Positions 28,329 through 39,051 of a stretch of DNA of 64,000 nucleotides are shown piece after piece. Made by a program: the position numbers and the translations under genes. A model generated the notes under the pieces. The model searched no databases and was not told where the DNA came from. It was given only the letters and a program-made list of their open reading frames with translations. Positions within the stretch are counted from its first letter, which is position 1. Every line of letters starts with the position of its first letter. The DNA comes from an uncultured Alphaproteobacteria bacterium. GTDB lineage: Bacteria > Pseudomonadota > Alphaproteobacteria > Rhizobiales > Xanthobacteraceae. The DNA lies in contig CAVWJL010000011.1 in the NCBI GenBank assembly GCA_963755305.1, positions 14,034 to 78,033 of the forward strand, in the 5' to 3' direction.

Positions 28329-28705
28329 GGGCTTTCCTCCTCAGTTGTCAACGTTTCGTCCTGCCCTCGCCGAGTGGTGCCGATTGGCTCTCCCGTGCCT
28401 TGACAATTCCTCGGCCCATCCGCATATGGGCATAGTTGGTTCATTTGTGTCGCGTGTAGCCGGCAGGAGCCGCCGCGACGATTGAACTGGCTAGCTCCAC
28501 AAAATTGTGAGCAGTTTCCACCGGGGCCTTTGCATACCACAGCACGTACAAGAAATCTGTCGTGGAAAGGCCGTCAGCGAGCGGGCGCGCAGCCTTGCAG
28601 CGTGCTGAAGCAGCGCAGCGAATGGGCGGGCATGCAGAGCGTTTTCACCTGCCATTATCTTCCCAATACCAAGGAGTGAGCCATGCAGAATGGCCAAATA
28701 GAAAC

Positions 28706-28942
28706 ATGAATTCGCGCCACCCCAGACCGGCAACGTCATTTGCTGACCGCTCAAAACGGTCGTCATCGAATGCCTCCCGCTCAGAGCCAAGGCATTCTCA
28801 CAACGCGCAAAAAAGCTATGAGCGGTATCTGGCGCTGGCTCAAGCCGAAGCCCAGAGCGGCAATTTGGTCGGAGCAGAGAACTATTACCAGCACGCCGAA
28901 CATTATTTTCGATCGATGTCCAAGGACTCTGGAGCGACATAA
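28706..28942 (+). CDS. DUF4167-domain protein
   Basis: This uses the internal ATG at 28706. A basic N-terminus is followed by AQKSYERYLALAQAEAQSGNLVGAENYYQHAEHYFR, the conserved DUF4167 core as I recall it. Confidence 0.65.
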   Translation: MNSRHPRPATSFADRSKRSSSNASRSEPRHSHNAQKSYERYLALAQAEAQSGNLVGAENYYQHAEHYFRSMSKDSGAT

Positions 28943-28955
28943 TCCTCTCCCGGCA

Positions 28956-29672
28956 ATGGACGAACAACCTAATCTCGCCGCGCTCGACAAGCTCAAGACG
29001 CGCATCCAGGCATTGCGCGCCAAGACCATCGACAACGGCTGCACCGAAGACGAGGCGTTGTCCGCCGCCGCCAAAGTCGCCGAGCTGCTCGATCGCTACG
29101 ACCTGTCGCTGACCGACGTCGAAATTCGCGAGGCACCGTGCGAGCGGCGCGAGTATGAGACCCACCGCAAGAAGCGAATTCCGCTCGACGACTGCATAGG
29201 CGCTGTTGCGAATTTCTGCGACTGCCGGGTCTGGCGCGAGAAAAACCAGGCCGGTGAGACCCGATACGTATTCTTCGGTCTTCGCTCGGATATCGAAGTC
29301 GCGAACTACCTGACCGAACTGATCGACACTGCCGTTCGGTCCGAGCTCGGCCGCTACAAGACCACATCTGAATATCGGCGGTTCCGGCACAAGGAGCGGC
29401 ACATGGCGAACGCCTCATTTGCGCTGGGGATGGTCGCGTCCATCGCGGACAAACTGACAGCGATGAAGGCCGCGCGCGATAAGGTGAACTCCGGCTCCGG
29501 ACGCGCTCTCGTCGTTCTCAAGGCGGCGATCGTCGATGCCGAGTTCGGAAAGCTCGACTTAAAGCTGCGGGTGCTACGAGGCACAAGCCGCATCGTGTCG
29601 ACAATGGCCTATGAAGCCGGCGGTGCAGCGGGGGCGTCGTTGGCCATCAACCCCGGCATCCGGGAGACGTGA
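28956..29672 (+). CDS. DUF2786-domain protein
   Basis: This uses the internal ATG at 28956. LDKLKTRIQALRAKTIDNGCTEDEALSAAAKVAELLDRYDLSLTDVE is the DUF2786 N-terminal helix pattern. It lies 14 nt after the DUF4167 gene. Confidence 0.6.
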   Translation: MDEQPNLAALDKLKTRIQALRAKTIDNGCTEDEALSAAAKVAELLDRYDLSLTDVEIREAPCERREYETHRKKRIPLDDCIGAVANFCDCRVWREKNQAGETRYVFFGLRSDIEVANYLTELIDTAVRSELGRYKTTSEYRRFRHKERHMANASFALGMVASIADKLTAMKAARDKVNSGSGRALVVLKAAIVDAEFGKLDLKLRVLRGTSRIVSTMAYEAGGAAGASLAINPGIRET

Positions 29673-29775
29673 CAACCCTCCACCTGCTTCTGAAATCCGG
29701 CGGCAAACCGAGCGGTCAATTATGATCTTCTTTTCAACGCATTAGCAGCATTAGGACCCCCTGCCTGATGGCGAA

Positions 29776-29802
29776 TTGGCACTCTCACTTGCAGAGTGCC
29801 AA
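29776..29802 (+). promoter_or_regulatory. CIRCE (HrcA operator) upstream of groES
   Basis: TTGGCACTC-TCACTTGCA-GAGTGCCAA is a perfect 9-bp inverted repeat with a 9-nt spacer, 104 nt upstream of the groES ATG. The consensus is TTAGCACTC-N9-GAGTGCTAA, and the A-to-G change is mirrored in both arms. Confidence 0.8.
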
Positions 29803-29905
29803 AAACATACCAATTAGAGGAGAGAGGTTGTTTTGATCGTGCGACTCGTAATGAGCCTCTGCTTTTCGAAAAAACTAACAGCAACAGATACTTAGGAGGA
29901 TTGAT

Positions 29906-30220
29906 ATGAAGTTTCGGCCGCTTCACGACCGCGTCGTGGTTACGCGCATCGACGCCGAGGATAAGACCGCAGGTGGAATCATCATTCCGGATACCGCCAA
30001 AGAGAAGCCTTCTGAGGGAGAGGTGATCTCCGTCGGTCCAGGCGGCCGCGATGAGGCCGGGAAAATCATCCCCATCGACCTCAAGGTTGGCGACCGCGTG
30101 CTGTTCGGCAAATGGTCGGGCACGGAGGTCAAGATCGACGGGGTCGAATATTTGATCATGAAAGAGAGCGACATCATGGGCGTGATCGAACAGACCGTCG
30201 CCCGCAAGAAGGCTGCCTAA
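29906..30220 (+). CDS. groES: Co-chaperonin GroES
   Basis: [93 protein letters not shown] is canonical Cpn10. Confidence 0.97.
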   Translation: MKFRPLHDRVVVTRIDAEDKTAGGIIIPDTAKEKPSEGEVISVGPGGRDEAGKIIPIDLKVGDRVLFGKWSGTEVKIDGVEYLIMKESDIMGVIEQTVARKKAA

Positions 30221-30241
30221 GGGCTGTCGCATCAAACATAA

Positions 30242-31900
<1,659 letters not shown>

Positions 31901-31922
31901 GCCCACCCTCAACCGAAATGAC

Positions 31923-31952
31923 GAAGGCCCGGATTTCTTCCGGGCCTTTTTT
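31923..31952 (+). terminator. Rho-independent terminator of groESL
   Basis: GAAGGCCCGGA-tttct-TCCGGGCCTT is followed by TTTTTCTT, about 22 nt after the groEL stop. Confidence 0.75.
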
Positions 31953-32030
31953 CTTGTGCCGCAGCCACGGAAAAATGCATCGGCTTGCCGGCAAAAAATG
32001 ACAGTGATGCTGGCAAAAAAAGCTGCCGAA

Positions 32031-32252
32031 TTATCGCTTCTTTTTCTTCGCGAAAATCGCGTTCCAGTTATCCTTATAAGCTTTAGAAACCGGCTTCTGG
32101 CCCTCGCCCCTGCTATAGCTGGAGGGTGAGGCGTCAGCAATCTTGCCGCCCTCAGCCTTGGATGTGTCTACACCTGAAGCACTCTTGTCGTTCGGAGGGA
32201 CCTCTTTTTTTGGAGCGGGGTTAGTTTTGATTTTCTTATCGTCGCTGGCCAT
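32031..32252 (-). CDS. Small Lys-rich conserved hypothetical protein
   Basis: The internal ATG at 32252 is preceded by AGGAAAG. The product is MASDDKKIKTNPAPKK...SYSRGEGQKPVSKAYKDNWNAIFAKKKKR. The C-terminal block is familiar to me from Bradyrhizobiaceae small proteins, but that is memory only. Confidence 0.5.
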   Translation of the reverse strand: MASDDKKIKTNPAPKKEVPPNDKSASGVDTSKAEGGKIADASPSSYSRGEGQKPVSKAYKDNWNAIFAKKKKR

Positions 32253-32553
32253 CGTCTTTCCTAACGCTGATTTGTCTGATCGAGTTGACCCGCCACTGAA
32301 TTTCATCCGGCGGCGATTGGGGCTGATACGCCTTGGCGCATCGCGGCAGTTATTGCAGAGTGACATTATGACAGCTTGCGGAGGAGGAGCGAAGGTTTTT
32401 CGATCCGTTGCCAACGCCTCACAGTTGGCGTCAAATTAGGGATCAGTGACGGGTGGATAAGTCAGAAACTCACCTCGACCGTCGCGTTCAAATCGGCTGG
32501 TCCTGCTATAGTTGGCATCCATACGCTTTCCTAGAACAAATAGCAGCCTCCAC

Positions 32554-33117
32554 ATGTTTCCGATTCCGTCGAACTTCTTCCTCACCAGCGGCGTCGGTGT
32601 CCATCGGGATCGCCTGACAGCATTTGAACTCGCCTTGCGCGATGCGGACATCGAGCAGCAGAACCTGGTGAGCGTGTCATCCATTCTGCCGCCCCATTGC
32701 GAGCAGGTCGAACGGGAGGACGGCGTGGGTACGCTACGACCGGGGGAGATCACTTTCTGCGTCATGGCGCGCACGGAGACCAACGAGCCCGGCCGCCGCA
32801 TTCACTCGAGTATCGGATTGGCGCGTCCCACGGACCCGGCGATGTACGGCTACATCTCTGAGCATCACGGCTATGGCATGACGCGTGGGGAGAGCGGCGA
32901 CTATGCCGAGGACCTCGCCGCGACCATGTTGGCATCCACCCTGGGAATTGAGTTCGACCCGGACGCGGCCTGGGATGAGCGCAAGCGCGTCTATCAGACG
33001 AGCAACCTCATCATCGGCAGCACGTCCTTGACCGCAGCCGCCGAAGGCGATCCCGGGGGGCGCTGGACGTGCGCAGTCGCGGCCGCGGTCTTCCGCTTCG
33101 CCGCCCCGCGACAATGA
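32554..33117 (+). CDS. pdaD: Pyruvoyl-dependent arginine decarboxylase
   Basis: FLTSGVGVHRDRLTAFELALRDADIEQQNLVSVSSILPP contains the Ser-Ser self-cleavage site and the flanking pattern of PvlArgDC. I prefer the ATG at 32554 over the TTG at 32512. Confidence 0.8.
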   Translation: MFPIPSNFFLTSGVGVHRDRLTAFELALRDADIEQQNLVSVSSILPPHCEQVEREDGVGTLRPGEITFCVMARTETNEPGRRIHSSIGLARPTDPAMYGYISEHHGYGMTRGESGDYAEDLAATMLASTLGIEFDPDAAWDERKRVYQTSNLIIGSTSLTAAAEGDPGGRWTCAVAAAVFRFAAPRQ

Positions 33118-34013
33118 CTACCGTTCCGACCTTCGCGCTGCCGCCGAGCTTTCTAGCGATCGAGCGTCGCGATACCGATGCTTCGTTCTGCATTGCCGGT
33201 ATTCCGTTCGACCTTGGCACGACCAACCGCAGCGGCGCGCGCTTTGGGCCGGCAGCCATCCGACAAGCGAGCCGCATGCTGGTGGACGGCGACCATCCGC
33301 ATTGGTGGATCGACCCCGCGGCGCAGTCTGTAGCCGACATCGGTGACTTCCGCATTATGCTCGGCGATATCCCGAAGAGCCTCTTGCTCATAGAAGAGCA
33401 GGCAGCGGGTCTGGATCACCTCATAGCTCTCGGCGGAGACCATACTATAACGCTACCGCTGTTACGGGCTGCCGCCAACAAGCATGGCGGTCCCTTGGCA
33501 CTGGTGCACTTCGACGCCCACGTCGACACTTGGCCCGACAATTTCGGCCAAAGCTATGCTCATGGGTCCGTGTTCTTCCACGCGATCGAGGATCGGCTGA
33601 TTGATCCGAGGCGTGCGGTGCAGATCGGTATCCGTTCTCCGGTTCAGAAAGACGTTTACAATTGGACAATCGCAAAAGGCGTCACGATCATCACGGCCCA
33701 AGACCTTCACGAACTCGGCCCGAGCGTGATCGCCGAACGAGCTGCAGCGATTGTCGGCGAGGCGCCCGTCTACCTTAGTTTCGACATTGATGCGCTCGAT
33801 CCCGCGTTCGCCCCGGGCACCGGAACGCCGGAGATTGGCGGTCTGGCGAGCTGGCAAATGCAGGCGATCATGCGCCGCCTTGGGAGCCTGCATTTCGTCG
33901 GCATGGATGTTGTCGAGGTGGCGCCGCCCTATGATGTCGCTGAGACCACAGCACTCGCTGCAGCGACAGTTGTCTGGGAATATCTGGCTCTCATTGGGAG
34001 AGGTCCTTCATGA
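33114..34013 (+). CDS. speB: Agmatinase (ureohydrolase family)
   Basis: Mn-binding motifs are present: VHFDAHVDTW, GGDHTITLP and SFDIDALDPAFAPGTGTPE. The ATG overlaps the pdaD stop (ATGA at 33114-33117), which implies translational coupling. Confidence 0.8.
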   Translation: MTTVPTFALPPSFLAIERRDTDASFCIAGIPFDLGTTNRSGARFGPAAIRQASRMLVDGDHPHWWIDPAAQSVADIGDFRIMLGDIPKSLLLIEEQAAGLDHLIALGGDHTITLPLLRAAANKHGGPLALVHFDAHVDTWPDNFGQSYAHGSVFFHAIEDRLIDPRRAVQIGIRSPVQKDVYNWTIAKGVTIITAQDLHELGPSVIAERAAAIVGEAPVYLSFDIDALDPAFAPGTGTPEIGGLASWQMQAIMRRLGSLHFVGMDVVEVAPPYDVAETTALAAATVVWEYLALIGRGPS

Positions 34014-34075
34014 CACCGACTGCAGTACCGATGCGGCAGAGCGGAACCGCGCGGTGGTAAATTCAACATAGCGGT

Positions 34076-34148
34076 ACCACGCCGAGGCAGGTGGCGAAGA
34101 GCGGTAGAGCGGAGGAACCCGAGCCAATGCCACTCTCCGTCGAACAGC
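34076..34148. repeat. Copy A of a ~72-bp direct repeat (partner at 37297-37368)
   Basis: By manual alignment the core 59 nt (CGCCGAGGC.GG.GGCGAA.AGCGG.AGAGCGGAGGAA.CCGAGCCAATGCCACTCTCC) has 5 mismatches between the copies. On the minus strand both copies read ESGIGS(G/V)SSALPLFA(T/A)(C/G)LGV. Confidence 0.8.
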
Positions 34149-34350
34149 GCAGGTCTGGCATCCACACTGCGCGCGTCACATGTGGAAATCATCCAAAAAA
34201 CGGCGACCAAAATCAGGACGCTGACAGCGCGCGCGCCTAGAGGCCAGCGTTTCAGCTTTTGACCCAAATCAAGCTGTGGACATCGAAACCCTCCAGTATA
34301 GGCGTCGCACCACACATTCCATCGGCAATTCTCATAATGGGATATTAAAA

Positions 34351-34995
34351 ATGGCTGCGAACCAACATTCGGACCAAATTTCAGGGTCAGCCGCAAGATT
34401 CATACATGATCACCGGTTTCTCTTTCGTGTCGAAGGAGTGAGCCTCATTGTATTGGGGCTCCTGGCGGTCATCGTGCCATCAATTACCGCCTCGTACGTG
34501 ACCGTTTCATTAGGCTGGCTATTTCTTGTCAGCGGAGCCATCGGGTTGGCGACATCCATTTGGACGCGACACGCACCAGGGTTCTGGTGGTCTCTCGTAT
34601 CGGCCTTGCTCGCGATTCTTGTCGGTGTGACCCTGATCGCGAACAAATCACAGGAATTATATGGCGGCCTGCTTGGATGGCCGCTCGAGACGACCGGCCC
34701 GTTGCGGCTAATATTGGTCCTGTTCTTCATGATCGAAGGTGGCGCCTCGATCATGTTCGCCGTCGAGCACCGACGTCAATTGTCCGGGCGATGGGTCTGG
34801 ATGTTAGCAAGCGGCATCATCGACATCCTTTTGGCGAGCATTATTATTTTCGATCTTCCGGGGACTTCTGCCTGGACGATGGGACTTCTTGTTGGGATAA
34901 ACATGATCCTCGGTGGATCCGCTCTGATCGCGATGGGATTGCACGCCCGCGCCGACGGCGCCGGTTCGAATGTAACTCCTCAGCGCAAAACATAA
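34351..34995 (+). CDS. HdeD-family (DUF308) acid-resistance membrane protein
   Basis: Six predicted TM helices show the repeated pattern GVSLIVLGLLAVIVP / GWLFLVSGAIGL / LLAILVGVTLI / GIIDILLASIIIF / LVGINMILGGSALI typical of DUF308. I place the start at the ATG at 34351. Confidence 0.65.
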   Translation: MAANQHSDQISGSAARFIHDHRFLFRVEGVSLIVLGLLAVIVPSITASYVTVSLGWLFLVSGAIGLATSIWTRHAPGFWWSLVSALLAILVGVTLIANKSQELYGGLLGWPLETTGPLRLILVLFFMIEGGASIMFAVEHRRQLSGRWVWMLASGIIDILLASIIIFDLPGTSAWTMGLLVGINMILGGSALIAMGLHARADGAGSNVTPQRKT

Positions 34996-35251
34996 TTGAA
35001 AATGAGCGGTCACATTGCCGACATGGCCAGCCCGCCGCGGTTGACCAAACCTGAACTTAGCAGCGTTCATCAGCGGAAGGCGATGGGTCTCAGCCGGCGC
35101 CGAGAAGATCTACCCGACCAAGTTCCAAAGCAGCGAACACAATGAACATTGATACATATCAATAGCGCTGCCCCAAAGAAGCATAGATGAAAGGCCCCCG
35201 GGGGGGTCTGTTCTCCGTTTGGCAATTTGTCTGCAACATATTTGGCGGTCC

Positions 35252-36424
35252 ATGTTCAACTTTTCAGCGCGCGAACTAAGGCTCCGAAACAGGTCACTCG
35301 TTTTCACGCTGGCATCGCGCAATCTTCTCCAAGACCGGCTTCGCTTTATCGCCTCGCTCACGGGCACCGTGTTTTCGGTAGTACTGGTGATGGTGCAACT
35401 GGGCCTCTACTTCGGCTTCAGCCGCATGCTGACAACTATGATCGATCACGCTCATACCGACCTCTGGATCGTTTCGAAGGGAGCGAAATACTTTGAGGAT
35501 CTCTCGCTTCTCAACACGGGAATGGGAGACCGCCTGAAGGCGATCGACGGGGTGGCCGAAGTCATTCCGCTAATGGTCGGATTTTCCGCTTGGAGCTTGC
35601 CGGATGGAACCATGACTCCGGTGTTCGTCGTAGGATTTGACTTCACCGCCGGCGGGTTGCCACCTTGGAATGTCGTGGAAGGGACGGCCGAGAGTTTGAC
35701 TGTCCCGGGAACAGTGGCAATCGACCGGTCCTACTACGAACGGCTCGGCGTGTCCGGGGTGGGCGCAACCGCGCAAATTCGCGGCTTATCAGTGAAGGTT
35801 GGTGCGGTCACGGACGGCATTCGCTCTTTCACGACGACGCCTTATGTATTCTCGGACCTCGGCGGTTCTCGGTCCTACGTCGGACTGCCGGCAATCTTCA
35901 CAAGCCATTTTCTCGTTCGGCGAACGCCAGACGCCAATATCGACCAAATCCGCCAGAATATTCTTTCGAACATTTCCGGCGTCGAGGCGCTTACCCCGGA
36001 TCAGTTCCGGGATCAAAGTCGGTCGTTCTGGCTGTTCGGAACGGGGGCCGGCGCGGCACTCTTTGTAGGCGCGCTGCTCGGCGTCATTGTCGGCACTGTC
36101 ATCGTCGCACAGACACTCTACTCCAGCACCAAAGACCATCTTTACGAATTCGCCACACTGCGCGCCATGGGAGCATCCGATAGCTATATTTATAAAGTTA
36201 TTATCTGTCAGGCGCTGCTCAACGCGATAATTGGATTTGCCATTGCGGCTTTGATTGGAGCGGCCGTCGTCCATTTCACCGCAAAAAGCGCAGTGCAGGT
36301 CGTGATCACGCCAAATTTGATGATCGCGCTGTTCATTCTCACTGTTGTCATGTGCATCGCCTCGGCGATTGCCGCGATTCTTCGCGTCGTTCGCGTCGAT
36401 CCTGCGATTGTGCTGACCCGATGA
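35252..36424 (+). CDS. ABC transporter permease, FtsX/MacB/DevC-like
   Basis: LASRNLLQDRLRFIASLTGTVFSVVLVMVQLGLYFG gives TM1. A ~230-aa extracytoplasmic domain follows, then a C-terminal FtsX 3-TM bundle (FATLRAMGASDSYIYKVIICQALLNAIIGFAIA). Confidence 0.8.
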   Translation: MFNFSARELRLRNRSLVFTLASRNLLQDRLRFIASLTGTVFSVVLVMVQLGLYFGFSRMLTTMIDHAHTDLWIVSKGAKYFEDLSLLNTGMGDRLKAIDGVAEVIPLMVGFSAWSLPDGTMTPVFVVGFDFTAGGLPPWNVVEGTAESLTVPGTVAIDRSYYERLGVSGVGATAQIRGLSVKVGAVTDGIRSFTTTPYVFSDLGGSRSYVGLPAIFTSHFLVRRTPDANIDQIRQNILSNISGVEALTPDQFRDQSRSFWLFGTGAGAALFVGALLGVIVGTVIVAQTLYSSTKDHLYEFATLRAMGASDSYIYKVIICQALLNAIIGFAIAALIGAAVVHFTAKSAVQVVITPNLMIALFILTVVMCIASAIAAILRVVRVDPAIVLTR

Positions 36425-37149
36425 CCGGGCTCGTCATTCAGGCTGCAAATGTCAGCAAGAGTTTCGGCAGCGGGCCCGCATGGGTGCAGGCGCTGAAAGA
36501 TGTCAATCTGACCCTTGTTGGCGGCGAATTGACAGTGTTGATGGGGCCGTCTGGCAGCGGCAAGACCACCCTCCTGTCGATTCTAGGCTGCATGCTTACA
36601 CCGACGAGCGGTACTGTACGGGTTTGCGGCACCCTCACCAGCGGGGCGCCCCCGCAAGAGCTTGCGAGGATCCGGCGGCAGCATATCGGCTTCGTGTTCC
36701 AATCCTATCACTTGTTTTCTACACTCACCGTCGCCGAAAATGTTCGTTTGGCGCTCGATGTGCGCGGCGAGCGCGGGCCTGCAGCGATGACGAAAACCGA
36801 GGAGATACTGGCGAGCGTTGGCTTAACATCTAAATTGGCGTCCTTCCCGCGCCAGCTCAGCGGCGGCGAGCAACAGCGGGTCGCGATCGCCCGAGCCATT
36901 GTAGCGGAGCCTTCAGTCATCCTGGCCGACGAGCCGACCGCCGCGCTAGACGCCGCCAATGGGCAGGCAATCATGACGATTCTATCCGCGATCGCCAAGG
37001 AGCGAAAACGCGCCGTTCTGGTGGTGACACACGATCCGCGGTTATTCGAATTTGCCGACAGGATCGTCCACATCGATGACGGCTCGCTCACGCGTGAGGA
37101 GTTGACCGCCAAGATCGTCGTCACGCCTTCCTCGATGGCGACGTTGTAA
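36421..37149 (+). CDS. ABC transporter ATP-binding protein (MacB/LolD-type)
   Basis: Walker A is GPSGSGKTT, the signature is LSGGEQQRVAIARA, and Walker B is ILADEPTAALD. The ATG overlaps the permease stop (ATGA). Confidence 0.9.
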   Translation: MTGLVIQAANVSKSFGSGPAWVQALKDVNLTLVGGELTVLMGPSGSGKTTLLSILGCMLTPTSGTVRVCGTLTSGAPPQELARIRRQHIGFVFQSYHLFSTLTVAENVRLALDVRGERGPAAMTKTEEILASVGLTSKLASFPRQLSGGEQQRVAIARAIVAEPSVILADEPTAALDAANGQAIMTILSAIAKERKRAVLVVTHDPRLFEFADRIVHIDDGSLTREELTAKIVVTPSSMATL

Positions 37150-37296
37150 TCACTGCGACAGCGTTCGCCAACCCCGTCTCCCGCAGCGTTGGATACCGGC
37201 CGGAGCAAAATCATGAACACAGTGCGTCCGCGCGAGTTCGCGCGCGCTATCATCATCGTCATTCCAAATTGCTCCTGCGTCACGCGAGCAGACCCC

Positions 37297-37368
37297 ATCA
37301 CGCCGAGGCCGGCGGCGAAAAGCGGGAGAGCGGAGGAAACCGAGCCAATGCCACTCTCCTCAACGGCT
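37297..37368. repeat. Copy B of the ~72-bp direct repeat (partner at 34076-34148)
   Basis: See copy A. It has the same orientation. Together the copies bracket hdeD and the FtsX/ABC pair. Confidence 0.8.
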
Positions 37369-37375
37369 GAAGATT

Positions 37376-37621
37376 TTAACGTGCTGTTGATCGGCCGCTT
37401 CCGGCTTTCCATTTTGTCTGGACCTGACCATTTTTATTTTTGCCGCGCGAGCGCTCGATGACGCCATAGGCGAAGAGTTTGCTCATGCGCGAGGACAGGT
37501 TGTCGGGACGTAGCCCAAGCTGCTTGGACAACTCGCTGGTAGTCAAGCCCGCTGGTTCCGCTTGCAATGCGTCCAAGATTTGTTTTCGAGCCCGCAACAC
37601 CGACACATCCTCGCGCTGCAC
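37376..37621 (-). CDS. Small winged-helix DNA-binding protein (MarR/ArsR-like)
   Basis: This is an 81-aa ORF. RKQILDALQAEPAGLTTSELSKQLGLRPDNLSSRMSKLFAYGVIER shows a wHTH pattern. Confidence 0.5.
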   Translation of the reverse strand: MQREDVSVLRARKQILDALQAEPAGLTTSELSKQLGLRPDNLSSRMSKLFAYGVIERSRGKNKNGQVQTKWKAGSGRSTAR

Positions 37622-37901
37622 CTTAATATTCGGTCAGTAACAGGCTGAGATTCGCAGAGTCGGGCCGTGCTCGCAGGAGCCTATCAGGTGGGACTCCAAC
37701 GAGAATACGGGTACACTTGGAAGAAAGACCTAACAACTGGCATTTGGTCGGAAGTGCAGAAGCGGAGTGAGGTCAGTCCCGTTTGTCCTGCGCCTTTAAT
37801 TAGTTGACGGATAATTGCTGAGGTCACGTTGCCCCGAGAGCCGCACGGTCGCGATAGGCTGTTCCCGGGCAGCGGCTTTGGTCTAGGCGGATCAGCGCCC
37901 G

Positions 37902-38279
37902 CTATTTCTCATCCTTGGGCAAAAGTTCTCTGACCTTTGCAAGGAGCTCACGCGGGCTATACGGTTTGGCTACGTAGGCATCGCAACCAGCTTCACGCGC
38001 TTTGTCCTCATCCCCACTCAAGGCATAGGAGGTGACGACGATGATTGGAATCGCCCGTAATGCCGGAACGGCCTTAATGCGCCGAGTCGCCTCATAACCA
38101 TCGAGCAATGGCAGCTGAATATCCATCAAAATAAGGTCTGGCCGTTCGGCTTTAGCCATCCTTACTCCCTCCTCGCCATCTAACGCTTCGATCATTTCGA
38201 AACCCGCACTTGTCAAAAGATCGCGCAGGATTTGTACATTGTCTTCCTGATCCTCAACAACGAGGATTCGCTCTGTCAT
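37902..38279 (-). CDS. Single-domain response regulator (CheY-like receiver)
   Basis: ILVVEDQEDNVQILRDLL...PDLILMDIQLPLLDGYEATRRIK...IPIIVVTSYA...CDAYVAKP carries the phospho-acceptor Asp and the conserved T/K. The ATG is at 38279. Confidence 0.85.
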   Translation of the reverse strand: MTERILVVEDQEDNVQILRDLLTSAGFEMIEALDGEEGVRMAKAERPDLILMDIQLPLLDGYEATRRIKAVPALRAIPIIVVTSYALSGDEDKAREAGCDAYVAKPYSPRELLAKVRELLPKDEK

Positions 38280-38690
38280 GCTGACCTCATTTGTAGCGCT
38301 ACCGCGACTTGGAAGCGTAGCAAGAAACTTCGATGGGGAGAGAAAGCAATCACGGCGTCTCATTCGTGCTGCCCCTCAAGCTGAATCAGGGTAGCACGAT
38401 CATATGAGCAAAGTCCGACCCGTTTCGCTGCGCTCAATGTTATTGGCGTACCGAATATTTCGTTTGGTTAGGGTGCGCGGTCATTCACGCGACCGGGCGC
38501 CGAGGAATCAATTGTCGGTACAGGCGGCTGCTGTGCGCGCGCGGCGAGTGGCGAGTGGAGGGATCGGGCCGCCTCAATTCTAGCTTTTCACGGCAATACC
38601 GATCTGGAGTTCCCCGCGGTCGACGGCCAAGGTGGCGTGATGTCGTGGTCGCGCGGCTGTTTCCTCGACCTGCGGCCCACTTCGGGTATC

Positions 38691-38921
38691 TCAGGTCTGT
38701 CTCCAGAGCTTTCGAGCGACCTTGATTGGATCAATACCGGCTTCTTTCCACCAGGCTGCCTCATTGCCGACCCGGTGCACCAAACGATGATGTATTCGAC
38801 AGAGCGGGACCGTGAATTCATCACTCACCTTGCGGCCGAGCGCACTCGGCGGAGTGAAGCGCAGATGGTGCGGGTCACCGAACGCTGTGCGCGTCCAGCC
38901 CAATCTGTTCGATGATCCCAA
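38691..38921 (-). pseudogene. HNH endonuclease, C-terminal remnant
   Basis: HHLRF...ALGRKVSDEFTVPLCRIHHRLVHRVGNEAAWWKEAGIDPIKVARKLW is the HNH/DUF222-type C-terminus. There is no upstream body. Confidence 0.6.
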
Positions 38922-39051
38922 TCGAAGTCCCGGCCAGGCGCGAGCGGCCCAATGGTGGCGCGGATCGAAACGGCGATGAGGTCTTCACTAATGACAACCC
39001 GATGGCGTCGCGCTAAACTGCACTTGGCTTTCTCGCTGCTGGAAGCACGCT

